This document shows positions 29,901 through 40,969 of a stretch of 64,000 nucleotides of DNA, piece after piece; position 1 is the first letter of the stretch; the number at the start of each line of letters is the position of its first letter. The translations under genes were made by a program, and so were the position numbers. A model generated the notes under the pieces. That model was not told the origin of the DNA. It worked only from the letters and a program-made list of their open reading frames with translations, and searched no databases. This DNA is from a virus, in IMG/VR virus record IMGVR_UViG_3300045988_147738, positions 38,432-102,431 of that record; one strand, given 5' to 3'.

Positions 29901-32165
29901 ATTCAATTTAATGCTGCTTCTCCTATATTAGATTTAACCAGTTGTGAAAAATTAGAGAATTTCCGTGCTACTGGTTCTAATTTAATTAATGTCTAGTTTG
30001 CTAAAGGCGTCGCATTAAATACTGTATATTTACCTACTAGTATTACAAATCTTGAATTAGTTGAAGCTAATTTATTAAAGAATGTAATCACTGAAGATGA
30101 ATATGAGAATCCTATCCGTGATGATGAAGGTAATTTACATGCTAATCCTGGTTTATATCTCCAAGGTTTCTTTGATAAAACCTCAACTGGAGATAAGGGC
30201 GATACAGTAATTGCTTCTCTAAATATTGCTGGTGGTGGCTTAGGCTATGATAGTTATAAACTATTAAAACAATATTATGCTATCCGCAGTCAATAGACTA
30301 ATACTTCTCAAATTTCTATGACCGATGTTAATTGGTGTCCATATGTTTAGATGACTGTTGATGATGAACGTAATCCATCTACTATTTATTATGTGGATAA
30401 TGGACATTATGGACTAGAACCTTATACTTATACTAATTTTGATGCATGGACTATTAAAGTTGAAAATGGTGAAATTTATCGTAAGGATGAAACAATTCCA
30501 GAAGATAAAATAAATCAAATTACTGATTTAGCTATGTTTAAAGAATTTATTAGTGATAAAAAATGGGTTAAAAATTCTAGTAAAAATATTCCTGATATCT
30601 CTGGTATTATTTATATTAATAATACAGAAGTTATTAAAGAATCTGAATTACGTAATATTATTCAAGTCGCTTATCCTGATTTAACAATTTTCTGTGCAAA
30701 CGTTGAATAGGGATATACTGCTAGATTTGTAATTATGAATGAAGATGAAGGTAATGACGGTCGTTATCAGTTAATTGGCTCTATGACTTTAAAAGATGGC
30801 GAAACTTGGTTTGCTGATCCTATTGATACATTTGGTGATGTTAGTGAGAAAAAGCCGAATCATGATTTCTATGGTTGGGCATTGACAAATTCTGCTAGCG
30901 CTGATATTCTTATTAATATTGATAAAAGTATCAATAAATGGAATGAACAAACTCTTGATAATAATATTCATACTTATACATTCTATGCTATTTGTCCTAT
31001 TCACAAATGGAGTGTTAAATATTATTATAAAGATAGTACATTAATTGAAGAGAAAAAAATCCCTCATGGTAATTATGCTGTAATGTCTACTATTATTCCT
31101 TGGAAAGATGATAGTGATTTACCATTGGAATAGACCTATAAATTCTTAGGATATAATCGTTCTGCTACTTCTAATACAGTTATGAAATTAGAAGAATATA
31201 TGATTACTGAAGATACTACTTTCTATGCCGTATTTGATTCTAATCCTATAAGTGTTTATGATGATATCCATACTGAATATTTTGAGCCTACTACTCAAGA
31301 ATATAATTCACTATCTTCTCCATCTTCTTGGATATTTAGCGATCCAACAGAAGGTTTTAATAGTAAATGGTCTGTAATGAGTGATGGTATTGTTTTAGGT
31401 TTATGCAAAAAAGTTAAAGGTAAATTGACAGTTCCTGCATTTTATGAATACAATGGTAAAAAATTAAAAGTTATTGGTATTGATGCTTCATTTAGTTCTC
31501 CTGGTGATGTTACTAATAGTAACCAAGCAACGCCAAATGCTAAAACGATTGGTGGTAATACTATTGTAGCAACTTGTTATGGAGAAGATTTAACTCATGT
31601 ATTCTTCGAGAAGTATACTGATAATGATGGTAATTAGAAATGTAATATTAGAAAATTTAATATCGCTACATTCTCTCATTCTTATGGTTTAAAATGGGTA
31701 GAATTCCCTGAAGGCTTACGAGTAATTGATGCTTACTGTTTTGCTTTAAATGGCGATCGTGATAAAAAATTAGTTGGTTCTTTAGAAAATGCTAATATTA
31801 GTGGAACAATTACTGAAATAGGTTAGAGCGGATTTAAAAATAGTTTTAGTCCTAAAGTTGAGACATTAATTATTGGTCCTTCTGTGAGCTATATTGATGT
31901 TCAAGGTATTGATTTCTGGTCTAATTCAGATTTGAATAAAGGATTAACTGGTGGTATTAATAAAATTATTATTGGTACTCCAGAAGAAAAATCTAAATTA
32001 TATACTTAGAAAAAGCTCGATTATGGTTCAACAGGTATTAGAGGATATAGAACCAATGCTGATCGTAAGATTAATAGTATTGATTGGTATACTACATTAT
32101 CTCGTGATGATACTATTTCAGTCTTTGGTAGCGGTATTGATACCAGTACGGTAAATTATTTATAA
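23991..32165 (+). CDS. Giant fibre or receptor-binding-type protein, 2724 aa. It has the shared N-terminal module and C-terminal BspA-type leucine-rich repeats.
   Basis: AAAGGAG RBS, then ATG at 23991. Frame 0 was hand-verified across all eleven ORF-track fragments (25182, 25455, 26289, 26874, 27333, 28416, 30351, 30735, 31182 and others) with only TAG triplets until the TAA at 32163-32165. N-terminus: MSNKRFIPVRGTEAKLDLMGFNDGYVYFAVDTGKIFIDY. The C-terminal region near 31640-32160 has IG..AF...IxIPxSV-type repeats. Confidence 0.6.
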
Positions 32166-32180
32166 GGAGGAGAAAAGAAA

Positions 32181-32378
32181 ATGACTAAAATTGTGATGTA
32201 TGAATACTTAGGCACAAATGGAACTATTCTTTCTCCCGTTCATTTAGAAGATATATATTATATCAGAAAACTACGTTTAATTGCTGATGTGAATAAACGT
32301 TTGACAAAAAATGATAAAGATTATTGTCAAGCAATAGTTATTCCAGAAGAAGAATTAGATTAGTGGAAAGAGGTTTAA
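32181..32378 (+). CDS. Small protein, 65 aa
   Basis: AAGGAGGAG RBS 8 nt upstream. The ORF reads through one TAG to the TAA at 32376-32378. Confidence 0.4.
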
Positions 32379-32422
32379 TTGGGTAGTTCCAATTATCTAA
32401 TATATAACTTTTTTGAAAAATA

Positions 32423-32450
32423 GAGAGAAGAGATTAATTCTCTTCTCTCT
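32423..32450 (+). other. Perfect hairpin, weak terminator candidate
   Basis: AGAGAGAAGAG, loop ATTAATT, CTCTTCTCTCT. The downstream T-run is poor. Confidence 0.35.
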
Positions 32451-32490
32451 ATAAGGGAAAATTATTTTAGAAAGGAAGGTTTTCTAGTCT

Positions 32491-34461
32491 ATGATTACAA
32501 AGTATAAAGACTCTGTTAAATTAGCTTATTAGAAATTGTATGAAGACATTAATAAAGCTAGTAATGGGGAAATCCAAATTGATAACCTTGAGAGCTTTTT
32601 TGGTAACATACAAGAAATTAGTAAGTTAGATGAAAAGTTTTTAAGACTTCCTTTGGATGAGCCTTTATTTGAAATTGATGCTGATAGTCGTAAAATTACA
32701 GTTCCTTCAAATTTTGCTACTAATGGGTTATCAGTTCAAGGCGATCATTTAGCTGAAACTGTTTTCTTTAGTATTGATAGATATTTTGATTATAAAGATT
32801 TAAATACTTGTAATATTCGTATTAATTGGAAAATTGGTGAGGCTTCTGGCCAATCTATCAATTTCTCCAAAAGCACAGACGCTGAGCCTGGTAAAATTAT
32901 TTTTGGTTGGCCCGTAGCTAAGGATTTAACTGGCAAAAGTGGTACACTTAGTTTTGCTGTTGAATTTTATAATGAGCATAATGGTAATGTTACATATAGT
33001 TTAAATACTCTAATTTCTACCATTAATATTAAAGAAGGTTTAGCATTAATTGAGCCTACCGTAATTAATGTTAATGACGATATTCTGAATATGCTTCAAA
33101 ATAGTGCATTTGGTGAGGGAGATGCAGAAGTCCCTGACTTAAAATGGTTAACTAATGGTTTAGTGTTATCTCCTGAAGATACTGTAACATTTAAAGTTAT
33201 TAATTTAGCTGGTAATGCTACTGATGCTGGATTGGATACTCAAAAGTTATCTTCTGTTCCTGTAAAATTATATGCTCGTGCGCAAGCAGGCGCAGCTGAT
33301 ATTAAATATAGTACTCCTGCAGAACGAGATGACCCTGTTGATGAATATATTCTTGTATCTAAAAAAGATAATGATGGAAATCGTATTAAGTTAGCAGAAG
33401 ATGGAATTTATTACGTAAAAACTAGTGATGGTACTGCTTATCAATTAGCCGAAGCAGATGATATTTTAACTTGGAATAATCCTGATATTATTTCTCCTAA
33501 TAAAAGTGAAATTTATGCTCGCTATACTACTATTATGGTAGAAAAGGCAGGAGAGTATTATGTAAATGCTCAAGGAGTAGTATTTGAAACCGAGAAAGAT
33601 GAAGAAGGACATGTAATAAAACGTAAAATCGGTCAAGGGCCATTAGAAACAACTCCATTCGTTATTTGTCCTGAGCCTGATGCTCCAGACACTATTTCTA
33701 TTAGTTCTGACCATGCTGATTTAACTGGTACAGGATATTCTATTGATTTAGAATTTGCAGATTCTACAGCGTTTTTAACTGATGGAGCTGTAGTTTTAGT
33801 AGCTAAAGCTTCTGGGTATGATAATAAAGATGCTTATGAAGCGCCTGCTGAAGGTATTGAACCAAAAGCGTTAATTCAATACATTTGGTATAAAGAAGGT
33901 TCTGAACAGCCTATTTCTACATCTAAGTGGGTACGTTCTAATGTAGAAGGTTCACTTGAAATTTCTGAGGAAGGTAAATATACTGTTGGTATTAAATCTT
34001 TCTTAAATGGTCATACTAGTGTGGATGAAGTAAAATCTAATCCTTATATTGTATCTCCATTAGCATCTAAAATTAATAATGATATTGCATTTAGTGGATT
34101 AACTCGTAAAAATGGTCAATATTGGATTAATTTAAATAGATATACTGGTGATTCTGATAGAAATGCTACTAAAGAATTTAATATTACATACACTCTTAAT
34201 GGTAATTATAGTGATGAAGTTATTTGTACTTTATTTGTTCGTGAAGATGGTGAAGATGAAGGTTCATCTACTATTAGCCCAGTTACTTCTGCTTCTGGAG
34301 TAAAAATCGTTGTTAAAGATATTGAAGGTGGTAAACACATTACTTTAAGTTCTGGAGCAATTGATAATAAAGAAGGAAATTATTTCATTCGTTTGACTAA
34401 TAAATATAATGGAAGCGCTTATTCAGCAGATAGCGATACATTTTATATTAATATTAACTAA
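32491..34461 (+). CDS. Structural protein, 656 aa (receptor-binding or baseplate-type candidate)
   Basis: ATG at 32491, 45 nt upstream of the ORF-track start and in the same frame, with a GAAAGGAAGG RBS. One TAG lies near the N-terminus. TAA stop at 34459-34461. The N-terminal domain is paralogous to the next gene. Confidence 0.55.
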
Positions 34462-34490
34462 TAAATTAAAAGAAAGGAGAATGAATAATC

Positions 34491-35099
34491 ATGATTACTA
34501 ATTATCAAGATTATGAGAATAAGCTTTGGTCCATTGATAAATAGATGCGAACTTCCAAAGCCATTCTCCTTCCAACTCCACCTAAAGAAGAATTAATCCC
34601 TATCGATTTAAATGAACGTAAAATAAAAGTGCCTAAGTCCTTCATTATCGTCTCTCAGGACCATTCGGCTGAGACTTTATACTTTACATTTGATCGATAT
34701 TTTGATGGCATGGATTTATCTAATACTTGCTGTATCATTCAATTCCAAAATGCAAAAGGTGAAGCTTATTATTATGTAGTACCTTATATGGATATTACTA
34801 CTGATAATGTAAATCAAAAAATTATTATGCCTTGGGTAATTCAAAATGCCGTTACTAAATATGCTGGTACTGTAAAATTTGCTATTAAATTTTTTAAATT
34901 GAATGCTGCAGGACATTTAATGTATGAATTAAATACATTAGTTGCTGAAGCTATTGTAGAACAAGGTTAGAATTGGGATTTAGATAATATCTCTCAAGAA
35001 GAATTTGTTTTTGATAAAGCATTTATTTAGGCAATTCATGATTTAGAGCAAGCACATCAGAAAGGTACATTTGCTTTAGAGTGGATTGATAATTTTTAA
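34491..35099 (+). CDS. Paralog of the N-terminal domain of the preceding gene, 202 aa
   Basis: AAAGGAG RBS. MITNYQDYENKLW... parallels MITKYKDSVKLAY.... The shared core is KIxVPxxF...QxDHxAETxxFxxDRYFDxxDLxxxxC. The ORF reads through TAGs at 34968 and 35028 to the TAA at 35097-35099. Confidence 0.55.
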
Positions 35100-35112
35100 T
35101 AAAATGAAAATA

Positions 35113-35151
35113 AAGGGAAGACTTTAAATTAGTCTTCCCTTATTTTTTTTT
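35113..35151 (+). terminator. Rho-independent terminator
   Basis: AAGGGAAGACT, loop TTAAATT, AGTCTTCCCTT, followed by T10. Confidence 0.7.
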
Positions 35152-35229
35152 GGGTAAATATAAATAATATTTTGATGTAAATTTTTATAATAAATGTATA
35201 TAATTTACAAAGAGGAAAGGAGTTATAAA

Positions 35230-36897
35230 ATGCTTAAAAAAGGCGATATAATTACTCTTGACTTAGGTGATGGATATGGTAATAGAAAATATCGTATTTT
35301 AAAAATAGATGGCCCTATAGCTGAAGTTTTAGGTTTATTTGATTTAAATTATGGACAAGTAATACCTTACACTAAAGATGTATCTCACACAATTACAATT
35401 GGTAATATTACTTTCCAAAATTATAATAACAATGAAATTGATCAATTTATAAATAATGAATGGTATAATGATCATTTATCCAATAAAGCAAAATCAGCAA
35501 TTTAGCCATAGTTATTTAATCAAGATGTTTGGTATTTTACTATTAACGGTTATTTACACAATGGTTCTCCTAAATATAATGGCGCTTATAGTAATGGTAG
35601 TTATCAAATTAGTAATGCTGGTATATTTTCTACTATTGGACCTAAATATATTCGCATCCCAGGAGTCCAAGATATTTTAGATTATTTTGCAGATAAAGAT
35701 TTAAGAGTCGATCCTGAGGGTATATTTTCTAGTAAAAATATTTGGAAAATGTTTTGGGATCAAGATAAGGGCAACTCTGAAATGATGTGGCTGTCTTCTA
35801 GTTCTGCAAATGATTCTACAAAAGTTGGATTTATTGATGGTTCTACTGGATTAGTAAGTATGCAAGGAACTGCTACTTATATAGGTACAGTTCATCCAAT
35901 ATTTACTATTGATTTAACTCAATTTTTACCTTTAGAATTTAAACAGTATATTTCTCCTTATACAAATACAGTTATTTTACAAGATGATGCATTAAATTTA
36001 TTAATGCGTATGACAAAATGTTATCCTATTGCGGGAGATGGTACTGGTATTACTTTGGTTCCTACTCCAGATGATTAGCATATTCAAATATAGAATGCTA
36101 TAAAAATTTATTCAGTCTTAAGTGATGGAACGGCTGAAGAAAAAGAAAAGCATCCAGGATGTATTTGCATTTGGGATACTTCAGCTAGCAAAAATAATAA
36201 ACAATATATTTAGGCTGGTTCATTATTAGATTTTTATACAAGTGAATTATCATCTGGCCTTAAAGGAAAAGACATAAAAGCTAATCAATATGGCTCTTTT
36301 ATTCTTATTAAAAATAAAGATTATAAAAATCCTATTGTCGTTCCTATTAAAGGATTTGACAGCCAAGGAAATTTAATTTTACCAGGAAAAAAAATTCAAT
36401 CTGCTATAATTGAATCTACTGGAGCTATTACGGCCACTGGTAATATTACTTCAAGTGCTATTATCACAGGGAAAAAAGTGCGTGGTGCAGTATTTAATGA
36501 TTATGCTGAGTATAGAGAATCTTATATTAAAGAGCCTGGCCGTTGTGTAATTGAAACTGGTTATGGAGATTTAGAATTGTCAACTAAACGTTTACAATTG
36601 GGCGGCAATATTATTTCAGATACATTTGGTTTCTCTATTGGCGAAACAGATAAGGCACAAACTCCTATTGCTGTTTGTGGTAGAGTATTAGCTTATCCTG
36701 ATGAAAATAAAGAATTATATAAGCCAGGAGCGGCTGTGTGCAGTGGTCCAAATGGAACTGTGTCATTAATGACTCGTGAAGAAATTAAAGAATGGCCTGA
36801 TGCAATAATTGGGTATGTAAGTGAAATTCCTTATTATGATACTTGGGGAACTGATAATATTAAAATAAATAATAGAATTTGGATTAAAATAAAATAA
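35230..36897 (+). CDS. Structural protein, 555 aa. Its C-terminal domain of about 140 aa is shared with the tail fibre at 40970-43693.
   Basis: AGGAAAGGAG RBS, then ATG at 35230. The ORF-track ATG at 35194 lies inside the promoter-like TATAAT region. Frame 1 was verified through fragments 35749 and 36478 to the TAA at 36895-36897. The C-terminus ...AVFNDYAEYRE...DTFGFSIGETDKAQTPIAVCGRVLAYP...CSGPNGTVSLMT...RIWIKIK is paralogous to the C-terminus of the 40970 gene. Confidence 0.6.
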
Positions 36898-36904
36898 AAA
36901 AAAA

Positions 36905-36938
36905 TAGCAGATAACTGAAATGTTATCTGCTATTTTTT
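36905..36938. terminator. Bidirectional rho-independent terminator between convergent genes
   Basis: TAGCAGATAAC, loop TGAAAT, GTTATCTGCTA. The hairpin is flanked by an A-run upstream and a T-run downstream. Confidence 0.7.
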
Positions 36939-38247
36939 ATAATTCAGTTGATATATTTTTAAAATAACTAATTTGATTATTTATATCATATACCCCTGAA
37001 ACAATAATTCTTTTTAATGTAAAATTATCATTTAAATTAGTATAGTCATTAGGAATAAGTGCCTCAAAATTTACATAATAATAATCAATATCTTTATCAT
37101 ATATATGTTGTCCTACATTAATTATTGACCAAATTGTATCTTTAAATTTTATTTTATTAAATTTTATATTATCAAAATAATTTATTGCAATTAAATATAA
37201 TAAATTTGCTGGTGTTTCACGGTGATTAATAGTAAAAGTAGAAGTATTTACATCTCCAAAATACTAATAATTACCTGTCCAAACTTGAGGCATTGTATCC
37301 ATATTAACATAAATTACTTTATTATTATCATATTCCCATTTTGTTACTACAGTATTATGAGTATTTTCAAAATATATGGCAAAAGGTATTGTTATTGGTA
37401 GTGTTATTTTATTAAAATTTAAAAGAAAAGCATAATATAATGTTGTATTATTTTTTGCTGTCTCAAATTCTGTTGCATTTTGGATAGTATGATTGTCATC
37501 TGTAAAATAAAGAGAATAATATCCTTTACTAAGCCAAATATAAAAAATTGAATTTATTTCTAAAGCATTTACTTCTTCTGTTGAAAGTTTAACTAATTCA
37601 GACCCAGAGCGTTTATATATTCTATCCTCATAATTTTCTTTATAATAAGTTAATTCTTCTACAGTTTTACAATTTATATCAATGAAATCAGTATCTGCTT
37701 TAGTAAAATAATAAACATTTTCATTATAACTTTGTTTAGGGTCTACGGGATAAAAATTCGTTTCTTGACTGGTAATATAAACAATATTATCATAATTAGA
37801 ATTATTAAAATACTGTTGAACTTCTTCCAAAGCTAAATAACGATATTTACCTAAATTTTCATTCTGTAAATTAAACAAAGCTGTTTTTAAATTTAAATTT
37901 AATTCTGCAATTTCTTGAGCAGTAGGTAATGGTAATGAATCTTTTAGATTATTTTCAATTGATTCAATTTTATTGGCATTTATACCTGTTGTGGTAATAA
38001 GAGTGCCAATATCACTTTTATTAGAGTTTATTCTGTCATTTAATTTTTCTTGCTAAGTTGATAAATTATCAATAGTATTTTTAAGAGTTTCTAATGATTC
38101 AACAGTTTGCTATAAATTTGCTATTTTATTCTATAAGTCAATAATATCCTAAGCATTGATATCATCAAAATTTAAATTATTAATTTTATTTAAAATTTCT
38201 TGCCACAAAGCTTTAATGCTTTCATCGGTCCAATAATAATTATTCAT
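36937..38247 (-). CDS. Minus-strand late-type protein, 436 aa. Coiled-coil N-terminus and beta-rich C-terminus. Five in-frame TAGs.
   Basis: The ATG at 38247 has a GGAGGA RBS. The frame was hand-verified down to the TAA at 36937-36939, through TAGs that include the one ending ORF-track fragment 37264-37878. Confidence 0.55.
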
Positions 38248-38328
38248 ATTATATTTCCTCCATTCTCTTTATAAAAATAAAAAATATAAATAAAAAATTA
38301 TTTATATCTGTCCAATTTTAATTATAAT

Positions 38329-38357
38329 TTGACATTTATAATTTTTTATGGTATACT
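38329..38357 (+). promoter_or_regulatory. Near-consensus sigma70-type promoter driving the Cys-rich / radical-SAM cassette
   Basis: TTGACA (38329-38334), exact 17-nt spacer, TATACT (38352-38357). An AAAGGAG RBS and the ATG at 38384 follow. Confidence 0.55.
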
Positions 38358-38383
38358 TAAATTATATGAAAGGAGATTTGCGA

Positions 38384-39160
38384 ATGGCAGCGACTGATTT
38401 TTCTTCTTTATTTGCTGGAGAAAAAATAAAAAAAGCAGATTTAATTTAGTTAAAACAAGAAATACGTGAAATGATATTAAAACGTATGTATAATATTAAT
38501 ATTTCACAATATGGTTCTAGTTTATATGATTATACTGATTCTTAGAAAGATTTAACACTTCAAGATGAAGAGATTATTAATGATTATTTTAATAAGATTT
38601 TAGAGCCTATGCAAGCCATTAATCCTACTAAATTAGGATTTAACGAAAAATATGATGCCACCTCTAAAAAAACAACTCTTTTCAAATAGGATGAAGCTAT
38701 TCCAAATTTAAAAGAATTAATTTCATTTTTTTAGATTTGCCAAGCTGAAAAAAATCAAAATAAATTAGATATTAGTAAGAGTAATTGTTTAAATCAATGT
38801 ACTGGCATGTGCGTTAACTTATGTGCTATTGGATGTACTGCACGTTGTGCTAGTAGTTGTTCTGGAGACTGTGAAGGTCGAACTTGCCAAAGTGGTTGTG
38901 ATGCAGGTTCAGGAGGCTCCACTCCAGACCCTGATCCTACACCACCCCCTAGTGGAGGAGGCGGCGGTGGGTGTCCTTGTACTGGAAATTGCACGGGAAG
39001 CTGTAATATTGCTTGCACAACTACTTGTCACGGTGGATGCCATGGAGGATGCTCTGGGTATGCTTGCAGAAATGATTGTAATAACACATGCTCTGGCAAC
39101 TGTGGTCGTAGCACTTGTACGGATATATGTAATGGTGGTACATAGGGCTCTATGCATTAA
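38384..39160 (+). CDS. Cys-rich repeat protein, 258 aa. A roughly 140-aa N-terminal region with 4 TAG codons is followed by a roughly 115-aa C-terminal CxxxC-repeat region. Candidate substrate of the radical-SAM maturase.
   Basis: Frame 2 was hand-verified from 38384 to 38807, and on to the TAA at 39158-39160. The C-terminus reads CTGMCVNLCAIGCTARCASSCSGDCEGRTCQSGCDAGSGG...PPPSGGGGGGCPCTGNCTGSCNIACTTTCHGGCHGGCSGYACRNDCNNTCSGNCGRSTCTDICNGGT. The surrounding ORF-track entries 38794, 38823 and 38909 are GC-rich artefacts of this region. Confidence 0.6.
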
Positions 39161-39193
39161 TATAAAAAAGAGTAAAAGGAGATTTTATTATAA

Positions 39194-39472
39194 ATGATTA
39201 AAAAAGTTCAAATTCCTCAAGAAATTATTTTAGAGGTTCAACGATTATGGTTTGAATATCAATCTAATTTAAATATTTTAGGTTATTTAATGACTTAGAA
39301 TGATATTAATAAAGAATTATTAGCAGAATATAATTAGGATACTAAAATTCGATTTACTGAATGTGAAATGTATAAACAAAAAATAGCAGATTTATATAAC
39401 CCCTTTGATTTTAATTGTCAATATATTTTTGATTTTGATAATAGTTTAATTCAATATAGTAAAAATGATTAA
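39194..39472 (+). CDS. Small cassette protein, 92 aa, translationally coupled to the maturase gene
   Basis: AAAGGAG RBS. Two in-frame TAGs. The TAA stop at 39470-39472 overlaps the ATG at 39465 of the next gene. Confidence 0.45.
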
Positions 39473-40823
39473 AAGAAATAAAATTCAAGAACATTCAGAA
39501 ATAATTCATAATTTATATAAAGAGTTATATCCTAACGCTAATAATATTTTATGTCCTTCAATTACATTTCAAGTAACAGACGATTGTTGTTGTAACTGTA
39601 GCTATTGTTATCAAGGAAATAAAAATAAACATTATATGACTCCTGAAACTGCTATACAAATTGTTGATTATTTATTTGATCTATATGAGAAAAATGATAT
39701 TAATAATTTGATTAATAAAAATACAGCAGGTATTATATTAGAATTTATTGGTGGAGAACCATTGATGAATATTGATGCTATTGATGCGGCTTGTACTCAT
39801 TTTTTAAATTATTGTTTAATTCATAATCATCCTTGGCTACGAACTTTTAGAATTTCAATGATCTCTAATGGAAAATATTATTTTGATTCAAAAGTTCAAG
39901 ATTTTTTAAAACGTTTTCATAATTTTATTTCTTTTGGTATTACTTTAGATGGCCCAGAAGATATACACGACAAATGTCGTAAATATTTTGATGGAACAGG
40001 TAATTTTAAAGATGCTTTTGCAGCATTAAAATACCATAATCAGCATTATAATTAGATTAGAACCACCAAAGTCACTATTGCTCCAGAAAATTTATTAGAG
40101 ATAAATAAATTAATTGATTTCTTTATAAATGAAGCTGGCGCTACTGATATTTTTATGAATCCTGTATTTGAAGCAGAGTGGACTAATGAAGAAGCTTCTA
40201 TTTATTATTAGGAATTAAAAAAAATAGCAGATAAAATGTTAAATGTTAATCAATCAAATGAATTAATTAATAATATAGTATTTGCTGATAATATTGGATA
40301 CCCATTAGAGGATACTGATACTTTAAATTGGTGCGGTGGTACTGGCGCAATGATGAGTTTTGATTATAAAGGGAAAATTTACCCTTGTATTCGATATATG
40401 GAATCATCATTGGGGAAAGAAAGAGAGCCTATTATAATTGGTTCTATTAATACAAATGATAATAATGAAAAATATTTAAAGAATTTAGAAAATTTAAAAA
40501 AAATTACTCGACAATCTCAATCTACAGAAGAATGCTTAACTTGTCCAATTGCTGCTGGATGCGCTTGGTGTTCTGGGTGGAATTATTAGTTATACGGCAC
40601 ACCCAATAAACGCTGTACTTATATTTGCCCAATGCATAAAGCTCGTGTCTTAGCAAATGTTTATTATTGGAACAAGCTTTATAAGATTAAAAATCAAGAT
40701 AAAGTATTTGAGTTAAATCTTCCAAAAGAAGAGTGTTTAAAATTTATTAATGAAAATGAATATAATATGTTGTTAGAATTAATTCAAAAATAGAAGGACA
40801 AAATAAATCAAATAGATAATTAA
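39465..40823 (+). CDS. Radical SAM enzyme with a C-terminal SPASM/twitch-type Cys cluster, 452 aa (peptide or protein maturase family)
   Basis: CxxxCxxC in DDCCCNCSYCYQG near the N-terminus. C-terminal WCGGTGAMMSFDYKGKIYPCIRYM...CLTCPIAAGCAWCSGWNY. Frame 0 was verified through TAGs at 40053, 40209, 40587 and 40791 to the TAA at 40821-40823. Confidence 0.75.
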
Positions 40824-40889
40824 CTCTTTCAAAAATATATATGAAAGAGTAAGATACCTTTCAAAATATTATAATTTTATTTATTTTTA

Positions 40890-40935
40890 TGGGAAAGTCT
40901 TACTATAGGCTTTCCCATTTTATTTTTTTTTTATT
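40890..40935 (+). terminator. Rho-independent terminator after the cassette
   Basis: GGGAAAG...CTTTCCC hairpin followed by a long T-run. A second hairpin, CTCTTTCA...TGAAAGAG, sits at 40824-40850. Confidence 0.65.
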
Positions 40936-40969
40936 TTTAAACTTTTTTTCAGAGAAGGGAGTTTAGTTA

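Noticed and set aside
35194-35229. ORF-track start at ATG 35194 for the 555-aa protein
   Set aside because: That ATG sits inside the TATAAT-like promoter element with no RBS. The ATG at 35230 has an AGGAAAGGAG RBS at proper spacing.
38794-39197. ORF-track entries 38794-39018(-), 38823-39197(+) and 38909-39157(-) overlapping the Cys-rich gene
   Set aside because: The TGC/GGC-rich repeat region is open in several frames by composition. Only frame 2 (38384-39160) has an RBS, is coupled to the cassette, and gives the CxxxC periodicity.
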